Below are positions 26,224 to 34,122 of a stretch of 64,000 bases of DNA, piece by piece. Position numbers and translations under genes: made by a program. The notes beneath the pieces were generated by a model, which ran no database searches, was not told the DNA's origin, and saw only the letters and a program-made list of their open reading frames with translations. Each line of letters opens with the position of its first letter. Within the stretch, counting starts at the first letter, position 1. The stretch comes from Minisyncoccota bacterium (lineage in GTDB: Bacteria; Patescibacteriota; Minisyncoccia; Phycocordibacterales; CAIZLB01), in contig DASWWM010000034.1 of assembly GCA_036405975.1 (NCBI GenBank), positions 4,675 to 68,674 of the forward strand. Direction: 5' to 3'.

Positions 26224-27123
26224 ATGATCAAGATCAGCAAATCATCATTCCTCAAGGTATTCGGAAGGGTCTTTGAGGCGTACGAAAGAAAGTCAGGAAT
26301 CTTTGCCGAGCATTCGGCGGAAGTCTCGGGTCCTCAGCACATTCATTGTCCGCAAGGCATTGAGCGGGGAAGCCCGGATCATCTGTACTGGCTGGCACTC
26401 GTTGCCATGTCAGACAGAAGGACAAACAGCATGGTTTTATACCGGAACTTCGCAAAGATGTTCGGGGATAATCCCAGTTTGTTTGTCAGAGGCGTATTGT
26501 TGGAGGTTGAGACTGTAACCGTGCTCTTTCGCACATACAAGATTGCTTTGCCCGTAAGCGAAATAGCTTTCTTCATTGAGCGAAAAAGGCATTTGGATGA
26601 ATGTTTCCGAGGCGATCCGCTTCTCATATATGACTGCGTGAAGAACGTATCTGAACTTATGCGAAAGCTCAAGTCGATCGCTCGTTCTCGCGGAATTGGA
26701 AATATCTTTCCGGGAGCAAAAGAGAAAATCTTCTGCTTGCTCGCGATGTTTCTGAGAAAGTTCTCGGGACTGCAATTCGCCGATGTCGTTCCTGTCGACG
26801 TATGGGTCCAATCCATAAGTGTCTCTACGAGAGTCGTGAAAGGGAAGGGCCGAATGAGCTTCGGTGGATTGGGTAAGCGCCTGCGACCCTTGATGCAGAA
26901 GGCATTCCTTCCGTATCTGGATGTTCCTGGTGCCACTGACGCAACCTGGATACTGGGGAAGTTCGGCTGCACTCTTTGTGCGGGTAAGGATATGACGACT
27001 CTCTGCCCTTTGTACGACATTTGTCGCGGTCCATTCGAGAGGCCGCGCAATCAGGTGTCGAACAAGCATGTCGGGATGGTCGAACTGCCTCCGAAGTATA
27101 AAAGAAGGTGTTCTGAAAAATGA
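26224..27123 (+). CDS. HhH-GPD superfamily DNA glycosylase-like protein with an atypical C-terminal Cys cluster (tentative)
   Basis: GIGNIFPGAKEKIFCLLAMFLRKF...VVPVDVWVQSISVSTRVV resembles the EndoIII HhH/GPD region (GVGRKTANVVL...VDTHVFRV). The C-terminus CTLCAGKDMTTLCPLYDIC gives C-x2-C-x8-C-x5-C, which differs from the canonical C-x6-C-x2-C-x5-C. An RBS (aagggtg) precedes the ATG. Confidence 0.4.
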   Translation: MIKISKSSFLKVFGRVFEAYERKSGIFAEHSAEVSGPQHIHCPQGIERGSPDHLYWLALVAMSDRRTNSMVLYRNFAKMFGDNPSLFVRGVLLEVETVTVLFRTYKIALPVSEIAFFIERKRHLDECFRGDPLLIYDCVKNVSELMRKLKSIARSRGIGNIFPGAKEKIFCLLAMFLRKFSGLQFADVVPVDVWVQSISVSTRVVKGKGRMSFGGLGKRLRPLMQKAFLPYLDVPGATDATWILGKFGCTLCAGKDMTTLCPLYDICRGPFERPRNQVSNKHVGMVELPPKYKRRCSEK

Positions 27124-27126
27124 CAC

Positions 27127-27159
27127 AAGGCCCGCACAATTTTATGTGCGGGCCTTTTT
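27127..27159. terminator. Bidirectional intrinsic terminator between the convergent glycosylase-like gene and traX
   Basis: aaggcccgcaca ... tgtgcgggcctttt, flanked by A and T runs. Confidence 0.7.
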
Positions 27160-27184
27160 AGTTCTTATTCTTCAGGTTGGGCAT

Positions 27185-27844
27185 TTAAATACATAAGTAG
27201 ATCAGGGCGAGAATAATCATATTTGCTGGATAGAACCAGTAGAACCACCATCTCGATATCCGAGGACCCAAATTTCCGTTGTAGAACAAGATGGGCACGA
27301 TGCCAAATACGGCAAATGCCTGGATGAGATTCAATCCGGTAAGAGAAATCCTTGCCGCTTCAAGGACGGGAATCGTTGTGAGGCTGGCAACTCCCGCATC
27401 TTTGCTCTTCAGATACAGTCCGCTTGCGAGTATGGTCAGTATTCCATATATGCCATACGACGCTCCACTCACATATGCAATTACGAGAATGATGATGTTC
27501 GTTGAGATTCGAAGTGGCAGGCTTTTGATTTTGTCCGCGGCAGCAAGCGCTGCGACTCCCAGGGCAAGGGTGAAGAAGATATTAAGTGAAAAGAAATCAT
27601 ACCCGCCTAATTCATGGAAATATTTATAGGGAATCTGTGAGATGATCCCGAATAGAAAGAGCCGTCCGAAGTACTTGTTGCGATCCTTTGTTTTTGAGTA
27701 CCCTTCTGCGATCAAGAAGGCGAATAGAGGGAAGGAGAGTCTGCCGATGATTCGCCATGCGATCTGTTCCGGGAAAAATAGAAATCCGATATGGTCGATG
27801 AGCATGGTGAGACATGCAAGGAGTTTCAGCTGGAGCGAATTCAT
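27185..27844 (-). CDS. TraX-family membrane protein
   Basis: MNSLQLKLLACLTMLIDHIGFLF... is the TraX N-terminal signature (KxxAxxxMxxDH). The protein has multiple TM helices and is 219 aa. Confidence 0.7.
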   Translation of the reverse strand: MNSLQLKLLACLTMLIDHIGFLFFPEQIAWRIIGRLSFPLFAFLIAEGYSKTKDRNKYFGRLFLFGIISQIPYKYFHELGGYDFFSLNIFFTLALGVAALAAADKIKSLPLRISTNIIILVIAYVSGASYGIYGILTILASGLYLKSKDAGVASLTTIPVLEAARISLTGLNLIQAFAVFGIVPILFYNGNLGPRISRWWFYWFYPANMIILALIYLCI

Positions 27845-27896
27845 GCACCCTTTATTTTACAATAAAAACCGCACAGAGATCTTGTGTCTGGCTGAG

Positions 27897-28079
27897 CAAA
27901 GAAAAGACCCGGCTCCAGCCGGGTCTTTTCTTTCCGTGCTGGGATACAGTCCTCTCCGACTACGTCGGCCGGTGAGTTTCGATTTCGCCCTCGTCCATCC
28001 TTCGTTGGACTCGGCTCAATAACGAAACTCCTTTCTCGTCCTGACAGGAAACGCGCAGGCGTTTCCCTTATCCCCGTAA
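27897..28079 (-). promoter_or_regulatory. Structured 5' leader upstream of traX ending in an intrinsic-terminator-like hairpin (candidate cis-regulatory RNA / riboswitch-like element)
   Basis: Minus-strand transcript: perfect 8 bp hairpin ggaaacgc/gcguuucc, a long-range stem gaguuucg/cgaaacuc enclosing about 41 nt, and hairpin ccgac-gua-gucgg. A GC-rich terminator hairpin follows (27897-27935, gacccggc...gccgggtc) with a U-run, about 50 nt upstream of the traX ATG. Confidence 0.4.
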
Positions 28080-28123
28080 AAGCAAAAATATAACCGAGCG
28101 TGAAGCCCGGTTATATTTTCGTG

Positions 28124-28196
28124 TGGGGGATACAGGACTCGAACCTGTGACCTTCTCAGTGTAAATGAGTTGCTCTACCAACTGAGCTAATCCCCC
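28124..28196 (-). tRNA. tRNA-Val (anticodon TAC)
   Basis: The reverse complement reads GGGGGAT TA GCTC AGTTGGTA GAGC A ACTCA TTTACAC TGAGA AGGTC ACAGG TTCGAGT CCTGT ATCCCCC A. A terminator hairpin follows immediately on the minus strand (28093-28113 plus a U-run). Confidence 0.85.
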
Positions 28197-28253
28197 GATG
28201 TCGACCACTATACATCAAAGCCTTTCTAATTTCAAATTTTTGAAAACGGGCAT

Positions 28254-29069
28254 TTGCGTGGTACTGTAACGTTAATGACACAAATTGTGCCTAAAAATAT
28301 AGAAATTCTCTTCGAAAATGACGATTTTCTGGCCATAAACAAGCCGGCTGGCCTTGTCGTGCATTCGGACGGAAAGACGGTTGAACCGAGCGTATGCGAC
28401 TGGGTTCTCGAAAAGTACCCTGAAGTGAAAGGGGTAGGAGAGCCTTCTCGGCTCCCGGATGGCTCGATGGTTGATCGTCCTGGCATCGTTCACCGACTCG
28501 ACCGAGACACTTCAGGCGTGCTTCTCATTGTCAAAAATCAGCCCACTTTCGAGTTCTTCAAGGACCTGTTCAAGCGGCATGTTATCCAGAAGCGATACAA
28601 TACGATCGTTTGGGGTGAGGTGAAGCTCGACAAGGGCAAGATTGACCGACCGATCGGTCGGAGCAAGAGCGACTTCCGGAAATGGTCTGCCGAGCGGTTC
28701 GCCCGAGGCGAGCTCCGAGAGGCATTGACCGAATATGAGGTTGCCAAGCGAATTGACCTCACTGATGACTCAGAGAGGGCTCAGCATGGCCATTCTTTCA
28801 AGAATAACCCTGAATTCATCCCTAAATTCACCTTCCTGGATGTCTATCCGAAGACCGGCAGGACTCATCAGATCCGAGTCCATTTCAAGGCGATCAACCA
28901 TCCGGTAGTAGGAGATGGCCTCTACGCTCCAAATCACCCGAAAGCGCTTGGTTTCGAACGGCTTGCACTCCATGCCCGATCTGTCGATTTTACTGCCCCT
29001 TCAGGTGACCGTGTGCTCATTGAGGCACCTCTTCCGGCTGACTTCGAGGCCGCTTTACTTAATATATAA
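28254..29069 (+). CDS. RluA-family pseudouridine synthase
   Basis: [13 protein letters not shown] and [12 protein letters not shown] (catalytic Asp motif) are present. [12 protein letters not shown] is also present, and the protein is 271 aa. Confidence 0.85.
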   Translation: MRGTVTLMTQIVPKNIEILFENDDFLAINKPAGLVVHSDGKTVEPSVCDWVLEKYPEVKGVGEPSRLPDGSMVDRPGIVHRLDRDTSGVLLIVKNQPTFEFFKDLFKRHVIQKRYNTIVWGEVKLDKGKIDRPIGRSKSDFRKWSAERFARGELREALTEYEVAKRIDLTDDSERAQHGHSFKNNPEFIPKFTFLDVYPKTGRTHQIRVHFKAINHPVVGDGLYAPNHPKALGFERLALHARSVDFTAPSGDRVLIEAPLPADFEAALLNI

Positions 29070-29080
29070 GGTCTGCTATA

Positions 29081-29536
29081 TTGATGTCCCATATGACAGC
29101 TACAACTAAAACAGCTAAAAAGCCTGTAAAGCTCGCTTCCGACAAGGGTTCAAAACTCAAGGATTTCGACATGCGAGTGGGTGACACAGTACGAGTTCAC
29201 CAGAAGATCCAGGAAAAAGGAAAGACTCGACTCCAGGTTTTCGAAGGAATGGTCCTCGCTCGAAAGCACGGTGCTGAGAAGGGTGCTACGTTCACAGTTC
29301 GAAAGAACGCAGGAGGATACGGAGTAGAACGAATTTTCCCTCTCTTCTCTCCAATGATCGACAAGGTAGAAGTCGTTCGACGAGCCAAGGTCCGACGAGC
29401 TAAGCTCTACTACATCCGAGACAAGGCTGCTAAGGAAATCAGCAAGCGAATGAAGATGGAAATGATGCGAGCTGACAGCAATGACGTCCAGGTAGAAGAG
29501 GACGAAGCTCCAGCAGCAGAAGTTGCAGCTGAATAA
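29081..29536 (+). CDS. rplS: 50S ribosomal protein L19 (with N- and C-terminal extensions)
   Basis: The core [85 protein letters not shown] matches the L19 family. Confidence 0.85.
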   Translation: MMSHMTATTKTAKKPVKLASDKGSKLKDFDMRVGDTVRVHQKIQEKGKTRLQVFEGMVLARKHGAEKGATFTVRKNAGGYGVERIFPLFSPMIDKVEVVRRAKVRRAKLYYIRDKAAKEISKRMKMEMMRADSNDVQVEEDEAPAAEVAAE

Positions 29537-29546
29537 TCTCAATACG

Positions 29547-29584
29547 AAAAAGCCCCGCTCTGCTCTCAGACGGGGCTTTTTTCT
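29547..29584 (+). terminator. Intrinsic terminator after rplS
   Basis: agccccg (29551-57) pairs with cggggct (29571-77), followed by tttttt. Confidence 0.75.
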
Positions 29585-29628
29585 TTGCCAGTTCATGGTC
29601 GACTCAGGGCTGCGCTATCTGGCTACGT

Positions 29629-29657
29629 TTGCAAAAGGGTCTGTTTTTATGTACTAT
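29629..29657 (+). promoter_or_regulatory. Sigma-70-like promoter for tRNA-Leu
   Basis: TTGCAA (29629-34), a 17 nt spacer, then TACTAT (29652-57). It lies 32 nt upstream of the tRNA 5' end. Confidence 0.45.
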
Positions 29658-29689
29658 TCCGTCACAAGCTGTTAGTTGGCTTGGGGAAT

Positions 29690-29773
29690 GCGCGGGTGTT
29701 GAAACTGGTAGACAAGCTACCTTGAGGTGGTAGTGCTCGTAAGGGCGTGGAGGTTCAAGTCCTCTCCCGCGCA
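29690..29773 (+). tRNA. tRNA-Leu (anticodon GAG)
   Basis: The acceptor stem is GCGCGGG paired with CCCGCGC. The anticodon arm is CTACC TTGAGGT GGTAG, giving GAG with G37. It has a long variable arm and the T-loop TTCAAGT. A terminator hairpin lies at 29776-29817. Confidence 0.85.
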
Positions 29774-29903
29774 CAATAAATAAAAGACCCAGATGAATTC
29801 TGGGTCTTTTATTTATCCATGATAGCGGGTGAAAAGCGGGGCTCCGAGAGGCTTGTCTTGTGAAGCAACTTCATAATCTAATCAATTGACCTTCATGTGA
29901 GGG

Positions 29904-30710
29904 GTGTATAATGAATCCATTATGATGCCACGAAAAAAATCAAAGCTTCTTGTTTCAGCTATCTTGCTCGTGCTGGCCGGACTCGTCACCCTTATCTTCA
30001 TTCAGTCCCGCCGACCAAATGAGCTCCCTTCTAGCGTGCTCGGTGTCTCGTCATCAACTCCTGCTCTGACAGGGAACGTCAAGGTTGAAACTTCAAAGAA
30101 TGAAACCGCGGATTACCAGACCGAGGTGAACATTCCACAGTTCGAGAATCCTGGCGATTCATTTGCACTTCAGCATATCAATAAGCAGATTAAGGATAAT
30201 GTCGGACAGCTTGTCATGAATTTTACCGAGGAGATACAGCAGATAAAAACCGAATCTCCCGACAGCCCTTTTAACGATCCGAGCCTTCCGAAGCATTCGC
30301 TCATGATCAAGGTCGCGAGCGCCAAAGAGGTTTCAGGGAAGTATTTCGTAGTAGAGCTTAAGGATTACTCATATGTCTCAGGGTCAGCGCATCCATTCAC
30401 GGCCACCATTGCATATAACTTCGACCTCAAGACTGGTGATCTTATTGGACTGTCCGACATATACAAGGACAAGGCGCAATTCCTTCAGGCGGTGTCAACG
30501 TTCGCAAAAAAGGAGCTTCAGCCAAAACTTGAATCCTTCTTCGAAGATGGGATTTCTCCGCAGGAGCAGAACTTCTCCGTCTACACTCTCGTGGAGGGCG
30601 GCATCCGATTCGTCTTTGACCAGTACCAGGTTGCACCGTATGCGGCAGGGGAGCAGAGCGTAACCGTGCCTGCATCAGCGCTTGCCGGTCAGCTTAAAAT
30701 CGCTCTGTAG
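29904..30710 (+). CDS. Membrane-anchored DUF3298/DUF4163 (RsiV/PdaC-like) domain protein
   Basis: An N-terminal TM helix, then ...YVSGSAHPFTATIAYNFDLKTGDLIGLSDIY..., which resembles the DUF3298 core. The protein is 268 aa. Confidence 0.5.
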   Translation: MYNESIMMPRKKSKLLVSAILLVLAGLVTLIFIQSRRPNELPSSVLGVSSSTPALTGNVKVETSKNETADYQTEVNIPQFENPGDSFALQHINKQIKDNVGQLVMNFTEEIQQIKTESPDSPFNDPSLPKHSLMIKVASAKEVSGKYFVVELKDYSYVSGSAHPFTATIAYNFDLKTGDLIGLSDIYKDKAQFLQAVSTFAKKELQPKLESFFEDGISPQEQNFSVYTLVEGGIRFVFDQYQVAPYAAGEQSVTVPASALAGQLKIAL

Positions 30711-30815
30711 CTTTGCTTCGGTGAGCATTCCTCGTCTCAAGGCCTCATTGCTGGCCATTTCTCAAAAGATTTGATATAACTGTGAGCACGCAATGGCTTC
30801 GGCCAAAGCGCATAT

Positions 30816-30889
30816 GGTGCCCATAGCTTAGTGGTAAAGCTCCAGTCTGTGGATCTGGCTACGAGAGTTCGATCCTCTCTGGGCACCCA
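30816..30889 (+). tRNA. tRNA-His (anticodon GTG) with encoded G-1
   Basis: G(-1) GTGCCCA TA GCTT... CCAGT CTGTGGA TCTGG CTAC GAGAG TTCGATC CTCTC TGGGCAC C. The extra 5' G pairs with C73. A terminator hairpin lies at 30903-30933. Confidence 0.8.
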
Positions 30890-30933
30890 TTTTTTCACGC
30901 ATAAATCCCAGCTTCAAAACAGGCTGGGATTTT

Positions 30934-31194
30934 GCGTTCCGAAAAATGGAGTGTGCCCGTATGGGTGCACCCATTCCGACATTTGCCCGCGCAAGCGGGC
31001 TTTTGTATTGCATGGTTGACCAAGCAAGCACGGAGGTGCTTGCGGGAGAGGGTCGAAAGGGTTCTCCAGCATTTTCGAGAGGCGAGTCGCGTTGCCCTCA
31101 CGCCTCCGACGATCATCGAGCTTTTGGATAGGCACCCTAAAAGAGAGCAGCTAAAACCCCGACCGCAAGGCCGGGTTTTGCTATACTTCCCCCC
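30934..31194 (+). other. 260 bp hairpin-rich noncoding region upstream of the NADAR gene (candidate structured leader / small RNA)
   Basis: Several GC stems with GNRA-type loops: gcccgc-GCAA-gcgggc plus tttt (30983-31002), agcaagcac-ggag-gtgcttgc (about 31022-31043), and ccccgacc-GCAA-ggccggg plus ttttg (about 31153-31180). Only short low-complexity ORFs are present. Confidence 0.35.
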
Positions 31195-31668
31195 ATGGAA
31201 CCAACACCTTCAAAAGAACCGGTACTATTTTACGAGCGGGAATTCTACGTATTTTCAAACTTCTCAGCCTTCATGGTCGAATGGCAAGGCGTACTCTGGA
31301 TGACGTCAGAGCATGCATATCAGGCAGCACATTTTACCGACCAGGGCATTATCGATGAAATCAAAGCTGCACGGTCAGCGCATGATTCGAAGAAGATTGT
31401 TGAGAAATATCAAGACAGGAAAAGGGAGGGGTGGAAGGAAATGAAAATCGCTGTGATGGAAGAAATTGTCAGAGCAAAGCTTTCGCAGCATCCGTACATT
31501 CTTAAGAAGCTTCTTCAGACTGAGGACAGGGAAATCATCGAGAACTCTCCGAAGGATGCATTCTGGGGATGGGGCCTGAACAAGGACGGCGAGAATCATC
31601 TCGGAAAAATTTGGATGAAGCTGCGAGCGGAACTTCAGGCAGATGGCGCCGGCAATATTAATCAGTAA
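31195..31668 (+). CDS. NADAR (YbiA-like, DUF1768) N-glycosidase family protein
   Basis: FYEREFYVFSNFSAFMVEWQGVLWMTSEHAYQAAHF ... ENSPKDAFWGWG matches the NADAR/YbiA pattern (F..SNF....f.....saEhy.qa.Kf ... D..WG.G). Confidence 0.75.
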   Translation: MEPTPSKEPVLFYEREFYVFSNFSAFMVEWQGVLWMTSEHAYQAAHFTDQGIIDEIKAARSAHDSKKIVEKYQDRKREGWKEMKIAVMEEIVRAKLSQHPYILKKLLQTEDREIIENSPKDAFWGWGLNKDGENHLGKIWMKLRAELQADGAGNINQ

Positions 31669-31688
31669 GACGGTACCAAAAGAATTAA

Positions 31689-32102
31689 ATGAAAATATAT
31701 TTTGCAGGATCAATCAGGGGTGGACGGGATGACCAAGAGCTTTATTTCTCAGTCATTGCCGAGCTCCAGAAATACGGAACGGTACTCACGGAACATATCG
31801 GCGACAAGTCTTTAACTGGTTTCGGCGAGACGCAGCGAACAGATAAGGAGATTTTCGAAAGGGATATGGACTGGGTGCGAGAAGCTGATGTGGTTGTCGC
31901 TGAGGTTACAACTCCGAGCCTTGGGGTCGGATACGAATTGGGTCAGGCCGAAGCGATGGGCAAGCCGGTTCTTTGCCTTCATAGAGAAGTCGAAGGGAAG
32001 AGACTTTCTGCGATGCTTGCAGGCAATGACTATTTCACCATTAAGAAGTATGCAAATCTTGATGAGGCGAAGTCGGTCATGAGTGAGTATTTCAGCAAGT
32101 AG
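31689..32102 (+). CDS. 2'-deoxynucleoside 5'-phosphate N-hydrolase (DNPH1/Rcl-like; nucleoside 2-deoxyribosyltransferase superfamily)
   Basis: MKIYFAGSIRGGRDDQELY...GTVLTEH...DVVVAEVTTPSLGVGYELGQAEAMGKPVLCL. The blocks YFxGSIRGGR and VVVAEVTxPSLGVGYELG are the conserved DNPH1 motifs. Confidence 0.8.
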   Translation: MKIYFAGSIRGGRDDQELYFSVIAELQKYGTVLTEHIGDKSLTGFGETQRTDKEIFERDMDWVREADVVVAEVTTPSLGVGYELGQAEAMGKPVLCLHREVEGKRLSAMLAGNDYFTIKKYANLDEAKSVMSEYFSK

Positions 32103-32186
32103 ATCTGGCTCGGTGCAACATAACGAAAAAGGCGATGCTTCGATTGAGGCATCGCCTTTTTTCTTGTCCGGCTCGGTTCGCTCCAC

Positions 32187-32795
32187 TTACTGACAAAGCG
32201 CCTGCGGGATGTATACCGTCACTTCGTCAAAGCCTGCCGTGGCAAAGAGTGCTTTGAGCTGCTTCCGAGCATTATCTGAAGCCGTTTCTAGAATATTTGC
32301 AGCGCATGCATCCTGTCGGATCGCTCTCTCCGCTTCGGCCCGTGCCTTAGACTCGAGATCCTTTCCGTCTCGCGAGAGAATCCCTTGCTTTCGGTCATAG
32401 ACCCGAGTCTTTTCATTGTCGAGTTTTGTCACGAGGATTTCTGGGGCAGGGAGGCTGATTGTAAGCTTTCCATCATCGACCTCAACGTCCTTGTCTGCTA
32501 GCTTCTTGAGATCGAATCCTGCGATAATCTCAGCGTGCGCGATGAGAAGGATTCGATCTCCATACAAGATGTTCGAGAAGAAATTCCCTTTCTGCCCTCC
32601 TTCGATGATCTTCTCCATGGTAAACGAAGAGGTCTCAAGCCTGCCGAGCTCCCGAATTTCCTTCACGACCGAGCTTTGGCTCAGGTTCATGCCTGACGAT
32701 CCGCCGAATATGAACTGACCGATTTTGTAAGAGCAGAAGAGGAATAATAGGATTGCAGCCAGTACCGCTATGATTTTCAAAATGGTCTTATACAT
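32187..32795 (-). CDS. DUF4230-like membrane-anchored protein (tentative)
   Basis: An N-terminal TM helix. The segment ...RILLIAHAEIIAGFDLKKL... is reminiscent of DUF4230. The protein is 202 aa. Confidence 0.4.
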   Translation of the reverse strand: MYKTILKIIAVLAAILLFLFCSYKIGQFIFGGSSGMNLSQSSVVKEIRELGRLETSSFTMEKIIEGGQKGNFFSNILYGDRILLIAHAEIIAGFDLKKLADKDVEVDDGKLTISLPAPEILVTKLDNEKTRVYDRKQGILSRDGKDLESKARAEAERAIRQDACAANILETASDNARKQLKALFATAGFDEVTVYIPQALCQ

Positions 32796-32880
32796 GCATT
32801 AAGCATAATCTCAGTCAGGCTGTGAGTAAAGCGTGTTCCTTGTGGCTCTCTCTGCTATATAATATCTCTCATACAGCTCT

Positions 32881-33519
32881 ATGAATACGAATCCGCAAAA
32901 CTTGCTCCAGGCGGCAACCAAGGTTGCCCTTCTTCTCGTCATATTCGGATTCTTTCCGGTATTCCTCGCCGTCGTCGTCTATAACTACAACAACAACGCT
33001 TCTTCCTTGGTTCAGATAACTTCTGCATTGGACGAGGAATACAGCAAGGCTTCCTCAAGTCTGGTGGTGCTTACTCAGGAGCAGGCAGACATCCTTCGAC
33101 GGATCAATCAGTTCTCAGTCGGTGTCTGGGTAGACAAATCCGATCAGAAGGCACGGACAATCATCAATCCGGACAATACCTTCTCGGAATATGAGGACAA
33201 GAGCAAGACTGCATACGGTACATGGCGTGCCAAAGTCGTCTCCGACAGGAACGAGGCTGGGGAGACACAGGCAAGGTACATGCTCCAGAAGAATCATCTC
33301 GGAGGGAACAAAAAAGTATCGGTTCTATACGAAATTATCCAGCTTGATGAAGAGACATTCGTCCTTAATACTATTGCCCGTGGAAGCACGGAAGACTTGA
33401 ACAGGGCATTCGATTCGGCAACCGGAACGGATACCATTTACAGGCTCCGATCAGGGGGCGGTCAGGGAACTGTTACCCTTGAGAAGGACAAGGAACCGTT
33501 CGATCAGCGCCAGGAATAA
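32881..33519 (+). CDS. Hypothetical membrane-anchored protein
   Basis: A 212 aa protein with one N-terminal TM helix (VALLLVIFGFFPVFLAVVVY). No recognisable motif. Confidence 0.4.
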   Translation: MNTNPQNLLQAATKVALLLVIFGFFPVFLAVVVYNYNNNASSLVQITSALDEEYSKASSSLVVLTQEQADILRRINQFSVGVWVDKSDQKARTIINPDNTFSEYEDKSKTAYGTWRAKVVSDRNEAGETQARYMLQKNHLGGNKKVSVLYEIIQLDEETFVLNTIARGSTEDLNRAFDSATGTDTIYRLRSGGGQGTVTLEKDKEPFDQRQE

Positions 33520-33558
33520 GCCTGAGCCTCGCCTCGGCGCTTGTAGTATACTGTCGGT

Positions 33559-34122
33559 ATGAAGATCATCGCCTCAGGTCCCGCACTTGAAAGACTCAAT
33601 GATGAGGCATTTCGGTTTGCCGCGAGTATCCGATCGGAAGGCTTAAGCGAATTCATGACATTCGTTACGGATATCGGCAGTCCTCAGAATATGGCCATGC
33701 TGTCGCTCGTGCTCGTCTGCCTCTATTGGCTGCATCGCAAGTACGTTCATATGATTCAATTCGCACTTGCGATGGGTTCGGTCAGCCTTATTACCTGGGG
33801 ACTGAAGAATCTCTTCCGGGCTCCAAGGCCTGAAGATTCCATCATGGTTATCGACGGCTTCAGTTTTCCGAGCGGGCATGCATCAACCGCGACTCTGCTT
33901 TTTGTGCTCGTCGCATATACGTATAAAGGGCATATAAAGAATATCTGGCTCAGGCGAGTATTCATCGGTGCCAATGTTCTTGCGGTTATCCTGATCGGTT
34001 TTAGCAGAGTGTATTTCGGCGTGCATTATGCAACCGACGTGATTGCGGGAATCGTGATTGCCGCGATCATGGCATCGATATCCATTATCATTACTGAAAC
34101 CAAGTTTAAAGAAGCTATATGA
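33559..34122 (+). CDS. PAP2-family lipid phosphatase
   Basis: The acid-phosphatase motifs KNLFRAPRP (KxxxxxxRP), PSGH and SRVYFGVHYATD (SRxxxxxHxxxD) are present in a polytopic 187 aa protein. Confidence 0.8.
   Translation: MKIIASGPALERLNDEAFRFAASIRSEGLSEFMTFVTDIGSPQNMAMLSLVLVCLYWLHRKYVHMIQFALAMGSVSLITWGLKNLFRAPRPEDSIMVIDGFSFPSGHASTATLLFVLVAYTYKGHIKNIWLRRVFIGANVLAVILIGFSRVYFGVHYATDVIAGIVIAAIMASISIIITETKFKEAI

Noticed and set aside
26379-27126. Two long antisense ORFs (223 and 229 aa, minus strand) overlapping the 26224-27123 gene
   Set aside because: No recognisable motifs. The plus-strand ORF has an RBS, HhH-like motif and terminator. The antisense ORFs probably reflect local codon composition.
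27936-28079. SRP (4.5S) RNA, RNase P RNA or tmRNA identity for the structured region upstream of traX
   Set aside because: There are partial resemblances: GUCAGG-ACGAGAAAGGAG versus the SRP helix-8 GUCAGGUCCGGAAGGAAG, and GUGCUGGGAUACAG versus the E. coli GUGCCGGGAUGUAG. But the conserved AGCAGC, the GGAAAGUCCGG / ACCCGGCUUA RNase P blocks and tRNA-like tmRNA ends are all absent.
30934-31194. tmRNA, c-di-GMP-I (GEMM) or ZTP riboswitch identity for the hairpin-rich region upstream of NADAR
   Set aside because: gcagctaa and GACCGCAAGGCCGGG give superficial similarity to a tag-stop and to the GEMM GACGCAAAGCC, but there are no tRNA-like ends and no full consensus. It is left as unclassified structure.
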